NCBI GenBank assembly: GCA_963677925.2
Contig: CAXXYH010000003.1
Location: forward strand, 2,016,001-2,080,000
Origin: Spirochaetia bacterium
GTDB taxonomy: Bacteria > Spirochaetota > Spirochaetia > UBA9216
Direction of reading: 5' to 3'
DNA length: 64,000 nucleotides
The notes under the pieces were generated by a model. That model was not told the origin of the DNA and searched no databases. It saw only the letters and a program-made list of their open reading frames with translations. This document shows positions 1 through 9,640 of this stretch, piece by piece (position 1 is the first letter of the stretch; each line of letters begins with the position of its first letter). Made by a program: the position numbers and the translations under genes.

Positions 1-1
1 C

Positions 2-772
2 GCAGCCCTGCTTGCCGCCTGCGCCGTAGGAGCGGTGCTGTCGCTTATTCATGCCTTTCTCACAGTTACAATGAGGGCCCAGCAGGTTGTAAGCGGACTC
101 AGCATTACACTCTTCGGAACCGGAATGGCAAGCTTCCTGGGCCAGACAGTAGGCCCGGAGACAAACAGCAGCTACCTCGCCGGACTGACTGCAGCCAAAT
201 TTTCAACGCTTTCAATCCCCGGCCTCTCTAAGATTCCACTTATAGGGGTACTGTTCAATCAGGACATTCTGACATATATCGTGCTGATTCTTCTTCCGGT
301 CTCCTGGTTTTTCATGTACAAGACAAGACACGGCCTGAATCTGAGGGCGGTTGGAGAAAGCCCTGAAACCGCTGACGCGATGGGAATAAACGTAGCCAGG
401 ACAAGGTATATCTATACAATATTCGGCGGGATGATGTCCGCAGTCGGAGGCGCCCACCTGGCCCTCTCCTACACTCCGGGGTGGATTGAAAACATAACCG
501 GAGGACGGGGCTGGATAGTAATAGCCCTTGTAATTTTCTCACTCTGGAACCCATCAAGGGCTATCTGGGGAGCGGTGCTGTTTGGAGGAATCAACGCAGT
601 GCAGTTCAGGCTTCAGGCCTCAGGCACGGATATTCCGGCAACCTTCCTGAACATGCTGCCCTACATAGCGACCATTGTTGTACTTGTAATAATAACAGTC
701 TGGGAAAACCGTAAGAGCCTTTCAGGGCCTCCCCAGGCACTGGGAAATCCCTATGTCAGGGAAGATAAATAG
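2..772 (+). CDS. ABC transporter permease, nucleoside/simple-sugar family (5' truncated by window edge)
   Basis: Frame is open from nt 2. Multi-TM hydrophobic protein with GLNLRAVGESPETADAMGINV and GRGWIVIALVIFSLWNP motifs of BPD_transp_2-type permeases. Confidence 0.9.
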   Translation, partial: AALLAACAVGAVLSLIHAFLTVTMRAQQVVSGLSITLFGTGMASFLGQTVGPETNSSYLAGLTAAKFSTLSIPGLSKIPLIGVLFNQDILTYIVLILLPVSWFFMYKTRHGLNLRAVGESPETADAMGINVARTRYIYTIFGGMMSAVGGAHLALSYTPGWIENITGGRGWIVIALVIFSLWNPSRAIWGAVLFGGINAVQFRLQASGTDIPATFLNMLPYIATIVVLVIITVWENRKSLSGPPQALGNPYVREDK

Positions 773-781
773 CAGACAGAC

Positions 782-815
782 AGGAGCCGGATCTTTCAGC
801 CGGCTCCTTTTTTTT
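782..815 (+). terminator. Rho-independent terminator
   Basis: AGGAGCCGG-N9-CCGGCTCCT hairpin followed by a T run, between convergent genes. Confidence 0.85.
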
Positions 816-1449
816 AATACCCCAGGTCCTCGCCGATAAGAATCACTTTAATCCGGCCTGCACTCCAGCTTCTTCTGGTAATTACAATATTGCTGCAGAT
901 ACAGTCGTCTGAAAGACAGTCGCCGCAGCGTCCGGTCTTTCCGCAGGGAGTATTTTTATCAAGCCTTACTGCATTCTGCGGTGAAGCAACATTGTTTACC
1001 CTTGAAAGGGCTTCCTTTTCATCAGCAGCAACCTTGTTCATCCCGACAACAATAATCACACGGGCAGGCCCGAAAAGCAGCGCCGCAAGGCGGTTGCCTC
1101 TTCCGTCGATATTCACAAGCTTTCCATCCGCTGTTATGGCATTGGTTCCCATAAAATAATAATCACAGCTGAAGGCCTTGTGATATATCTCATCGGTTTC
1201 GGCTGGCGTTTCCGCCCTGTCCCTGTCCAGAAGATTAAAATTTCCGTTTCTGAGTGCGTCATGAAAACCGGCCTGTGCAAGAGAAACCGATCCGCCCCAG
1301 CTCACCGTTGAACCTTCAGGAATATCAGCCATGACAGCCTTAAGAGCGGAGGCGGAATCATCGTAGTATTCGGCATCCATATTCCGTTTTCTGATTTCTG
1401 AAAGCAGTTTTTTTGACATAGTTGAGTAGTATTTTTTTTTCACATCCAT
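814..1449 (-). CDS. LutC/YkgG-family (LUD domain) lactate utilization protein
   Basis: GTNAITADGKLVNIDGRGNR, IIVVGMNK and C-terminal Cys cluster PCGKTGRCGDC..CIC. Confidence 0.85.
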   Translation of the reverse strand: MDVKKKYYSTMSKKLLSEIRKRNMDAEYYDDSASALKAVMADIPEGSTVSWGGSVSLAQAGFHDALRNGNFNLLDRDRAETPAETDEIYHKAFSCDYYFMGTNAITADGKLVNIDGRGNRLAALLFGPARVIIVVGMNKVAADEKEALSRVNNVASPQNAVRLDKNTPCGKTGRCGDCLSDDCICSNIVITRRSWSAGRIKVILIGEDLGY

Positions 1450-1462
1450 AATTTTTAAAATC

Positions 1463-1487
1463 TATCACATAATTTTATTATATGATA
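1463..1487. promoter_or_regulatory. Imperfect inverted repeat, candidate regulator-binding site between divergent genes
   Basis: TATCAcATAAT-ttt-ATTATaTGATA: 11-bp arms with one mismatch, in an AT-rich spacer. Confidence 0.35.
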
Positions 1488-1506
1488 TCATTCGGAATAA
1501 TTTATT

Positions 1507-3060
1507 ATGGTAAAAGAAAATCAGCTATTAGATGAAACAGTTAGACTGTGTTCTGCACTGGCACGTGAGAACCGTCTGAAATCACTTTTCTCAATACTTG
1601 TAGAACAGACACTTGATATCAGCCGCTCCGAACTTGCGGGGCTCTACATATATCCGGAGCCTGATAAGGATCCCGAACTTGTATACAAAAGGGGCTGGCA
1701 CGAGATCCCCGTAAAACTGAACCGGAAATCAGAGCTTGTTAATTTCCTGGAAGACTGCGGCGAGGCTGTTGTTCTCAACAGCCGGAAACCAAGCCCCTTC
1801 TCTGAAGTTCTGCTTACAGAGGTGATGAACAGCGGTATTATCCTCCCCCTGAATGCCCCCGGCGAACGGATTGGCCTTCTGATTCTGAACTCGGATGCAG
1901 AGGGTTTCTACCGTGGAGAAAGGTTCAAATTCCTCGAATCAGCGGCCAAATTTACCGGGGGAATGCTACATAACTCGATTCTATACTCCCAGCTGCAGGA
2001 ACAGTTCAGGGTAATTGAAACAATGGAGCGCTACCAGGAAGGAATCTTTACATCGATGTCCGATTTCCTTATTACCACCGATCCTAACGGAAGTATACAC
2101 TATTTCAATGACGCGGCTGCGGAAAAGCTCGGCCTTAACGACGGGCATATCGGGAGTGACCTGAAAGACTTCTTCAAAAAGAAACTTACGCCCAGAGTCA
2201 TAAACACAATCTCCGAATCTGAAAAGAACAGCAGCATAATCCTCGGCCTCGAAGGCATATTCAAGGGTGAAAGTACAAACATAGATTACTCCCTCAACAT
2301 AACGCCGCTTCAGAGCAAACGCGGCCGGAAAGAGGGACTTACCCTGATCTTCAAGGATCAGAGTGCGGAAAAGGAACTGAAAAACAAGGTAAATATCGCT
2401 GTCGAAGAACGCAGAATTATTAAGGATATGTTCTCAAGGTATCTTTCCCACGAAATAGTCAATCATCTCATGGAACAGCCTGAACTGGTAAATCCCGGAG
2501 GCTCCAAAAAGACAGCAACCGTATTATTTGCCGATATCAGGGGATATACATCCTTCTCCGAAGGACAGGAACCTGAATTTATTATTGAAATTCTCAACGA
2601 ATACTTCCGTGAAGCTGTAGAGCTTGTCATTCAGCACGGAGGATATATCGATAAATTCATAGGCGACTGTATTATGGCGGCATGGGGAGTCCCGCTTTCA
2701 GATGAGAGGGAAGACGCAGTAAAGGCTGTAGAGTGTGCTGTGGAAATACAGAGACTTGTATCATCCAAACAGCGCCAATTCTTTACAGGGCCTGCACAAT
2801 CTCTTAAGATTGGTATAGGGATGCATACCGGCCCGCTTGTCGCAGGAAACCTTGGCAGTTCACGTAGAATGGATTATTCAGTCATCGGTGATACGGTGAA
2901 TCTGGCCGCAAGACTTGAAGGTGTTGCCGGTGCAAATGAGATAATTATCACTGATTCAACAAAAGCCCTGCTTGATAACCGTTTTAAACTAGAAAAACGT
3001 GCACCGGTAATGGTTAAGGGCAAAGTGAAACCAATAGAAATATATAATGTCGCGATTTAG
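1507..3060 (+). CDS. Class III adenylate cyclase with GAF and PAS domains
   Basis: LFADIRGYT, YIDKFIGD and MDYSVIGDTVNLAARLE retain both metal Asp, the ATP-specifying K/D and the transition-state N/R. N-terminal GAF-like and PAS-like segments. Confidence 0.92.
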   Translation: MVKENQLLDETVRLCSALARENRLKSLFSILVEQTLDISRSELAGLYIYPEPDKDPELVYKRGWHEIPVKLNRKSELVNFLEDCGEAVVLNSRKPSPFSEVLLTEVMNSGIILPLNAPGERIGLLILNSDAEGFYRGERFKFLESAAKFTGGMLHNSILYSQLQEQFRVIETMERYQEGIFTSMSDFLITTDPNGSIHYFNDAAAEKLGLNDGHIGSDLKDFFKKKLTPRVINTISESEKNSSIILGLEGIFKGESTNIDYSLNITPLQSKRGRKEGLTLIFKDQSAEKELKNKVNIAVEERRIIKDMFSRYLSHEIVNHLMEQPELVNPGGSKKTATVLFADIRGYTSFSEGQEPEFIIEILNEYFREAVELVIQHGGYIDKFIGDCIMAAWGVPLSDEREDAVKAVECAVEIQRLVSSKQRQFFTGPAQSLKIGIGMHTGPLVAGNLGSSRRMDYSVIGDTVNLAARLEGVAGANEIIITDSTKALLDNRFKLEKRAPVMVKGKVKPIEIYNVAI

Positions 3061-3081
3061 CGGCTATGGAGGAATATTCAG

Positions 3082-5655
3082 ATGGAGATAATCCCCGGAT
3101 TAATAATGCCGCTATGGGCAATTATTCTAATATTAAGCGCTGTAACGGCAATCATTATCTTTGTTCTTATCAAGCTGCTGCTCAACTTCCGCTTTCTTAA
3201 GACCTGCGACAAGGCCTGCTGTGATGAAGAACTGCTGAAGGCTTTTCTGGAAAAGTATCCGCCGGGGGCACGCCTTAGAAAGACCCGGCTGATTCAGAGA
3301 GCCTCAGAAAAAAACGAGAGAGACTTCATTGCATCAACAGGACTCGACATACTTTGGGAGGAAAGGCTCAGATCAAACCGGAGGATTTCCGATCTTAAAA
3401 AGCTGTTGAAATACTACCCCGACCGGGGCTTGTTTTACTGTCTTGAAGCAGGGCCCTCAAAGCCCGGATTCGGAAAAATCCTTGCAAAAAAAACAGCTGA
3501 CAGCAGTGATGAACTGCTGCTGAAACGAATTGCAATAGCGGGAAAGGGCACCGATTTCAGCGGAAAATATGCAGCTTCGCTTATTCCCGATCAGCTACAG
3601 AACCTTCTTGAAATGACCGGAGACCCGGAGTGGCAGGTCAGATTTTTCGCCCTTAAGCTGTTAATTCATTACAGCGATAAAAGAGCTGAGCGTGCAGGCT
3701 GGGAGGCATTCAAAGATCCGGCTTTTCGAATCCGTGCAGCCCTTGCTACAGAATTCAAGACGGCAGACAAAAAAATGCTTGGAAAACATCTGCTGGAACT
3801 GCTCAAGGATGACCCGTCTTTCACAGTGAGAACTGCTTCCAGAAAGCGTCTGGACAGCGATTATCCGGAGTTCTACCGTATAGACACCGGAGACCTTAAT
3901 AAAACCCAGCTTTTCCATGTACTCGAACAGCTTCATGACGACTCAAAGGAAGATGAAAATACCGCTCTGCAGTATTTAATTTCTGATGATATGGAAATCA
4001 GGCTTCAGGCTGCGGTATATCTGCAGAGACAGAATGCGCTGAGCCGCCTTTTTATAAAAGCCGATCTGGGAGACAAAGAAGGATACAGGCGCGTATCTAC
4101 CCTCCTGGCGAACGCATGCGATGTTAACTGTACAAATTTTCTCGAAAAAATAGGGACTGTAGAAAACCCTGCTTCAATAATGCTGGCTGCGGATCTGCTG
4201 AAGCAGAACGGCAGCCGGAAATTTGTTGACTACCTTGCCGAAAGAATCTTTGCTCCGGCACTTGAAGCAAATGCGAAAGAAGCATTCATTGAGCTGTATG
4301 CTTCCGGTGTGGAATGTATTGCGCTTCGGGGCAGTGATGATGCACTGAGACTGATGGATAAGGAGCTTAAAAAATCAGCTGATGATCCGGTTAGACTCGG
4401 CATACTGCTTAAAGCTCTTCCTGAGCGCGGAGAGGATATATTCATACCAACCCTGCTAAATTTTCTGACTGAGGGTAATTTCTGCAAGCCGGATCTTCTC
4501 AGACACACTATAGAGCGTTTCTCTGTTTCAACCTACCTTGAAGTGCTGATTTCCATTCTTCACAATGAAGGCAGCGGCTACGGGGATAATATCCGGAAAG
4601 AAGCCTTTAAAATACTCGGTGAACTTAGAATGCCCTGCTGTCTCCAGGTAATACTTGAAAACCTCACAATATTGTCTCCGGGCCAGCAGCAGGAATTTGC
4701 CGCCCTTCTTGCGGAATACGCTCCGGATGTTTTCGAACAGCGGGTTTCCGATCTGCTTGAGTCTGTTGATGCGGCCGTCAAGGCATCACTTATCAGCAGC
4801 CTCCCGGCAACCGGAATGACAAGTTTTGTGAAAACAATTAAGGATGCAGCCGGAGATTCGGATCCGGAGGTAAGAATAGCCGGGGTAAGAGCTCTGGCCG
4901 GATTCGGAGAGACGAAGGTTATCGGTCAGATGACAGCCATGCTCAGGGATCCTGTTGAAAGAGTCAGAATGGAATCAGCTGAGGTAATAGCGGCTTCCGG
5001 ACCTGCTGCAGCACTAACGGAACTTGAAAAAATTATAAAGGATCCTAATGAGGTAGATCCTGTCAAGAAAGCAGCAGTAATAGGACTTGGTTATTCCGAA
5101 CGTGAAGAATCAGTCGGAATCCTTGTAAATCTGCTGAAGGACCCCGACCTTGCCGATACAGCCGTACAGGCTCTCAGCGTAAAGAAACCGGGCAAGCTTC
5201 TCAAGCTTCTGCTTGAATACTTCAAGGATGCCTCCCCCGAAGTCAGGGACCGTATAGCCGAATCCTTTAAACTGATGGGCAGCAGTATAGAACCCGAAAT
5301 TGTTTCAATACTGAAAGAAAACATCACATCACTGCATGGAGTGCTTGCCGACATTCTGCTGAAAACCGGATACATTGATACAACAATGAAGAAACTTCTG
5401 CACAGAAATCCCGATGTAAGAAAGGACGCTGCTTCAGTTCTCAGCCTGATAAAAACAAAGGAAGCATTTAAGGGTATAGTACTCGCTTCAAGGGACCCGG
5501 ATCAGAATGTTCGGGTTGAAGTGCTCAAGGCCCTTGAAATGCTTAACACCAAAGAGGGCAAACCGATTCTTGAAGAGCTGAAAAATGACCCGGACAAACG
5601 TGTCCGTAAATACACGCTCTGGGCTCTGGAGCGTCTTGACGCTAAGTCGGAATAG
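3082..5655 (+). CDS. Membrane-anchored HEAT-repeat protein
   Basis: N-terminal TM helix, many DPxxxVRxxA repeats, GGAGG RBS upstream. Confidence 0.85.
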   Translation: MEIIPGLIMPLWAIILILSAVTAIIIFVLIKLLLNFRFLKTCDKACCDEELLKAFLEKYPPGARLRKTRLIQRASEKNERDFIASTGLDILWEERLRSNRRISDLKKLLKYYPDRGLFYCLEAGPSKPGFGKILAKKTADSSDELLLKRIAIAGKGTDFSGKYAASLIPDQLQNLLEMTGDPEWQVRFFALKLLIHYSDKRAERAGWEAFKDPAFRIRAALATEFKTADKKMLGKHLLELLKDDPSFTVRTASRKRLDSDYPEFYRIDTGDLNKTQLFHVLEQLHDDSKEDENTALQYLISDDMEIRLQAAVYLQRQNALSRLFIKADLGDKEGYRRVSTLLANACDVNCTNFLEKIGTVENPASIMLAADLLKQNGSRKFVDYLAERIFAPALEANAKEAFIELYASGVECIALRGSDDALRLMDKELKKSADDPVRLGILLKALPERGEDIFIPTLLNFLTEGNFCKPDLLRHTIERFSVSTYLEVLISILHNEGSGYGDNIRKEAFKILGELRMPCCLQVILENLTILSPGQQQEFAALLAEYAPDVFEQRVSDLLESVDAAVKASLISSLPATGMTSFVKTIKDAAGDSDPEVRIAGVRALAGFGETKVIGQMTAMLRDPVERVRMESAEVIAASGPAAALTELEKIIKDPNEVDPVKKAAVIGLGYSEREESVGILVNLLKDPDLADTAVQALSVKKPGKLLKLLLEYFKDASPEVRDRIAESFKLMGSSIEPEIVSILKENITSLHGVLADILLKTGYIDTTMKKLLHRNPDVRKDAASVLSLIKTKEAFKGIVLASRDPDQNVRVEVLKALEMLNTKEGKPILEELKNDPDKRVRKYTLWALERLDAKSE

Positions 5656-5658
5656 CAG

Positions 5659-7311
5659 ATGTCCGAACCCAGTTGGTGGTACGGTACCAATGTGTACCAG
5701 ATTTACCCCCGTTCCTTCTCCGATTCCAATAACGACGGAATCGGAGATATCCGCGGAATAATCAGCAGGCTCGACTACATAAAGGAAACCGGGTTTGAAA
5801 CAATCTGGTGTTCACCCTTCTATCCGAGTCCGCAGAAGGACTTCGGCTACGACATATCCGACTACCGCGGTATAGCTCCGGAGTACGGCAGTATGGATGA
5901 CTATTTCAGGCTCGTTGAGGAAATTCACAAAAGAGACATGAAAATAATCCTTGATATGGTTCTTAATCATACAAGCGACGAACATCCATGGTTCAGGGAA
6001 TCAGCCTCTTCCCTGGGCAATCCCCGGAGGGACTGGTATGTGTGGAAGGACGGCCGCGGAAGACGCCCGCCGAACAACTGGCTGAGCCAGGTTTCCGGTT
6101 CGGGCTGGCACTATTCCGACACAACAGGACAGTGGTACTGGGCCTCATTCCTGCCCTTCCAGCCGGATTTGAACTACCGGAACCAGGAGGTCAAAAACGA
6201 GATGCTGGACACACTGCGGTTCTGGCTTGAACGCGGAGCCGACGGTTTCAGGCTGGATATAATAGGAAGCATCTTCGAAGATGCGGATTTCAGAAACAAC
6301 CCGGCATCACTGAAACTTTTTCCTGACGAAACCCATGAAGGTATGCTTTTTAAAAGCACAAAAATGACGCACAATCTGCCCGAAAGTATTGAATTCACCA
6401 AAGAACTCAGAAGGGTCACAGAGGAGTTTCAGAATCCTCCCCGGATACTTGTAGGGGAGACATTCGGAACTCCCGATGATATCGCGGAATTCTGCAGAAA
6501 CCGGGGTCTGCACGCAGCGTTTGCCTTTAAATGCGCATCCGAACCCTTTACAGCCCCTTCGTTTCGAAAACTGATTCAAGAATACGAAGACTGTTTTGAA
6601 TATCCGCTTTCCCCATGCTGGGCTTTTTCAAATCATGACAGAATAAGGCGCTACTCTGCGCTCGGGAATAATGAAAAAAAAGCAGTGCTAAACTTGGTCT
6701 TCCAGCTGACGGTACGTGGTATTCCCTTCATCTACAACGGAGAAGAAATTGGGATGTCGAACGGAAGGATACCCGGAAAGCTGTCACTTGATCCGGTTTC
6801 AGAAGGCTTCAACAGGCTGCCCGGGCCGGTTTTTAACTTTATAGACCGGAAAGTAGGCTGTGCCCTGAATCGCGACAACTGCAGAACACCGATGCAATGG
6901 ACCTCCGAGCAAAACGCAGGCTTCACGGCTTCCGGAGCAGTGCCATGGCTGCCGATTAATTCTGATTACAAAACTGTTAATGCAGAAATACAGCAGAAGG
7001 ATGCCGGTTCACTCTACAACTGCTGCCGCCGCTTCCTTCATTTCAGAAACAGCAGCACTGCACTGCGATTCGGAAGCATTGAACTGCTGCCGGAAGACAG
7101 TCTTCCAGGGGGCGTACTTGGATACCGCCGAAAATATAAAGATGAGGAATGCCTTGTTCTTTTAAATTTTACCGGAAAGAAAAAAAAGCTCGGGGCAGGC
7201 CCCGCTGAGAGTTTCAGAAAAAGGATTTCAACACAGCCCGAAGGTTCAGCTCCGGAAACCGGAGATATAAGCCTGTCGGACTATGAAGGACTCGTCTTTT
7301 ACAATCAGTAA
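5659..7311 (+). CDS. GH13 alpha-glucosidase / oligo-1,6-glucosidase
   Basis: YQIYPRSFSDSNNDGIGD, DMVLNHTS, GFRLD, NHD and RDNCRTPMQW motifs. Confidence 0.92.
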   Translation: MSEPSWWYGTNVYQIYPRSFSDSNNDGIGDIRGIISRLDYIKETGFETIWCSPFYPSPQKDFGYDISDYRGIAPEYGSMDDYFRLVEEIHKRDMKIILDMVLNHTSDEHPWFRESASSLGNPRRDWYVWKDGRGRRPPNNWLSQVSGSGWHYSDTTGQWYWASFLPFQPDLNYRNQEVKNEMLDTLRFWLERGADGFRLDIIGSIFEDADFRNNPASLKLFPDETHEGMLFKSTKMTHNLPESIEFTKELRRVTEEFQNPPRILVGETFGTPDDIAEFCRNRGLHAAFAFKCASEPFTAPSFRKLIQEYEDCFEYPLSPCWAFSNHDRIRRYSALGNNEKKAVLNLVFQLTVRGIPFIYNGEEIGMSNGRIPGKLSLDPVSEGFNRLPGPVFNFIDRKVGCALNRDNCRTPMQWTSEQNAGFTASGAVPWLPINSDYKTVNAEIQQKDAGSLYNCCRRFLHFRNSSTALRFGSIELLPEDSLPGGVLGYRRKYKDEECLVLLNFTGKKKKLGAGPAESFRKRISTQPEGSAPETGDISLSDYEGLVFYNQ

Positions 7312-7335
7312 AAACGTGTATTTGTTGTTCAGGCC

Positions 7336-7785
7336 CTATTCAAGGCATATAATTCTGTAAACATCAGCGGGAGTTTCAGCGGCCATCAGTTTCTGACGGT
7401 GTTCATCATCCCTTAAAACCCTGCTTATTTCAGCCAGAAACTGAACGTGCGGTCCTGTACGGTGTGCGGGAGAGACGGTCATTATAAAAATCCTGCTTGG
7501 CAGTCCATCAAGCGATTTAAAGTCAATGCCTTCCCTTGTTATACCGACACAGGCAACAAGCTCATCGACGGCATCAGTCTTCCCGTGGGGAATGGCAATA
7601 CCGGTTTCCATACCGGTCGACATTTTGGCTTCACGGTCGAATATGCATTCCCGGACTTTGGCTTTATCTGATATCTTTCCTGAAACACTCAATAATTCTA
7701 TCAGAGAGTCTATGATCTCTGTTTTTGTGTTTCCTTTTAAATCTGTCGTAATTAATTCTTCAGTGAGTACTCTTTTAAGATCCAT
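7336..7785 (-). CDS. PTS EIIA component (fructose/nitrogen-regulatory type), stand-alone
   Basis: REAKMSTG..GIAIPHG phospho-His motif. Confidence 0.9.
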   Translation of the reverse strand: MDLKRVLTEELITTDLKGNTKTEIIDSLIELLSVSGKISDKAKVRECIFDREAKMSTGMETGIAIPHGKTDAVDELVACVGITREGIDFKSLDGLPSRIFIMTVSPAHRTGPHVQFLAEISRVLRDDEHRQKLMAAETPADVYRIICLE

Positions 7786-7792
7786 GTATGCA

Positions 7793-7821
7793 AGGATAAA
7801 TCCAGGTTAAGTAATTGTCAA
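7793..7821 (-). promoter_or_regulatory. Sigma-70-type promoter of the PTS EIIA gene
   Basis: TTGACA-N17-TATCCT, 7 nt before the ATG. Confidence 0.65.
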
Positions 7822-7867
7822 CTATAGTCTTCAGACTATTGCATTTTTAGAATATTGAGGCTTGCAG

Positions 7868-9604
7868 CTACTCTTCATCGGATTTAAGATCGCTTATCTG
7901 GGCAAACTCATCCCTGCATTTAATAAAAGCTTCAACGATATCGGGATCAAAATGCCGGCCGCTTTCCTCAGTGATAAGTTTGACGGCCTCTTCATGCGAG
8001 AAGGGTTTCTTATACGGACGTTCACTCCTGAGGGCATCATAAACATCGGCAAGCCCGACAATGCGTGCAGAGAGCGGGATTTCCGTGCCCTTTAGACCCT
8101 CCGGGTATCCGCTTCCATCCCATTTTTCATGATGATAGGAAGCTACTTCCTTACCTATTGTAAGAAAGGATTTATGACCTACATCATCGGCAATAACACT
8201 TAAGGCATCACCCCCCATCTTGGAGTGGGATTTCATCATCTCAAATTCTTCTTCAGAGAATTTCCCGGCCTTAAGCAGGACTGAATCCTTGATGCCGACC
8301 TTTCCGATATCATGCAGGACCGAGGAGAGCGAGAGGTCGTCTATATATTCCGGAGTGATGTAGCCCATATATTCTGAATGCTCACTCAAAGACTCTGCAA
8401 GCGCCCTCGTATAATCCTGGACACGTTCAAGGTGTCCGCCGGTACAGTGGTCACGGTACTCGGTCAGCTTTGCAAACCCCATGATGGCGGCAGCCTGGGT
8501 CTCCTTGAGCTGATAGAGTGAGTCGGTAAGCTGCTTCTCAAGCCGAATCTTTGTTGTAAGGTCTTTTTCAAGAACAAAGAGGGCGAACATGCCTTCACCG
8601 CTCAAATCTACAATATAATAGGTTACGTAGGTATACAGCAGCCCGCCGTTCTGACGTTTTCGCGGTATACCGATTTCTACATACCTTCCGCCGTTCTCCC
8701 GTGTAAGGTTGATAATCTCAAGAATATCGGGCCTGTCCGAACCGGCGGAGAAATACTTGTCATAATCTTCTCCCAGAACCTCTACCCGGCTGTATCCGTA
8801 CATGCTCTCGGCAGCGCTGTTCATATTCACAATCTTGCCGAGTTCATCAACAATAACGATGGATGAGGCGAAGTATTCAAAGAGCCTGTTATAGTTTGTC
8901 TGGCTGGCATCAAGCTGAGCCTTCAGAAGTTCCTCTCTTGAAAGGTCCTGAAAATGCGCAGTGTAGCCGGAAAGATCATAGTGTTCATCAAAATGCGGCC
9001 ATATTGTTTCAAAAAACTTCTTTTCAGCCCCGTCTTTTGATTTCAGACTGGCTGTCTGACTTAAAACAGTTCTTGATTCCACAAGGGTTCTTTTTCTGAG
9101 GTTGAAGGCATCCTTATCAGTATACAGCGAATCGGCCCCCTTAACTGACTTGAGATTCCAGCCCAGAAGTTCGGTGAAAGCGGGATTTGCTGTAATTATA
9201 TTACCCCTGATATCCATGGATACTACAGGGTCCGGAAGATTATAATAAAGATGCTTGTATACATTCCCCGTCCATGGAGCCAGTTTCTTTTCCTGAAATT
9301 CTTCAAGACGCAGAAGGAGAAGTTCATCGTTTTTCCCCTGGGCTATGTAGGTATATTTAAATTTAGATTCTTCATCTTTTCTGGATTTAATGCTGGCAGT
9401 ATGCTCAATCCCCTCCCCTCCGAACAGTTTAAAATTGGAGAGGAAAGTATGCTGATCGTCAAGAACAGACTGGAGCTCCAGATCCGTCATTTCCAGAAAT
9501 CGCTGGTTTATAAACTTTATCCGCCAGTCTTTCCGGTCAAGAAGAAGAAGCCCGTCCTGTGAGTTTTCAAATATCCTGATATAAAAATCCAGTTCTCCCG
9601 ACAT
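7868..9604 (-). CDS. PAS-domain HD-GYP cyclic-dinucleotide phosphodiesterase
   Basis: Several PAS-like segments; LHDIGK, HHEKWDGSGYP and ADVYDALRSERPYK motifs. Confidence 0.9.
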   Translation of the reverse strand: MSGELDFYIRIFENSQDGLLLLDRKDWRIKFINQRFLEMTDLELQSVLDDQHTFLSNFKLFGGEGIEHTASIKSRKDEESKFKYTYIAQGKNDELLLLRLEEFQEKKLAPWTGNVYKHLYYNLPDPVVSMDIRGNIITANPAFTELLGWNLKSVKGADSLYTDKDAFNLRKRTLVESRTVLSQTASLKSKDGAEKKFFETIWPHFDEHYDLSGYTAHFQDLSREELLKAQLDASQTNYNRLFEYFASSIVIVDELGKIVNMNSAAESMYGYSRVEVLGEDYDKYFSAGSDRPDILEIINLTRENGGRYVEIGIPRKRQNGGLLYTYVTYYIVDLSGEGMFALFVLEKDLTTKIRLEKQLTDSLYQLKETQAAAIMGFAKLTEYRDHCTGGHLERVQDYTRALAESLSEHSEYMGYITPEYIDDLSLSSVLHDIGKVGIKDSVLLKAGKFSEEEFEMMKSHSKMGGDALSVIADDVGHKSFLTIGKEVASYHHEKWDGSGYPEGLKGTEIPLSARIVGLADVYDALRSERPYKKPFSHEEAVKLITEESGRHFDPDIVEAFIKCRDEFAQISDLKSDEE

Positions 9605-9640
9605 ACTTTTAATAACCTTTTATACTAAACAATGCAAAAA

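Noticed and set aside
1432-1440. T9/A9 homopolymer at the start of the lutC-like gene
   Set aside because: It reads in frame as Lys-Lys-Lys; no sign of disruption.
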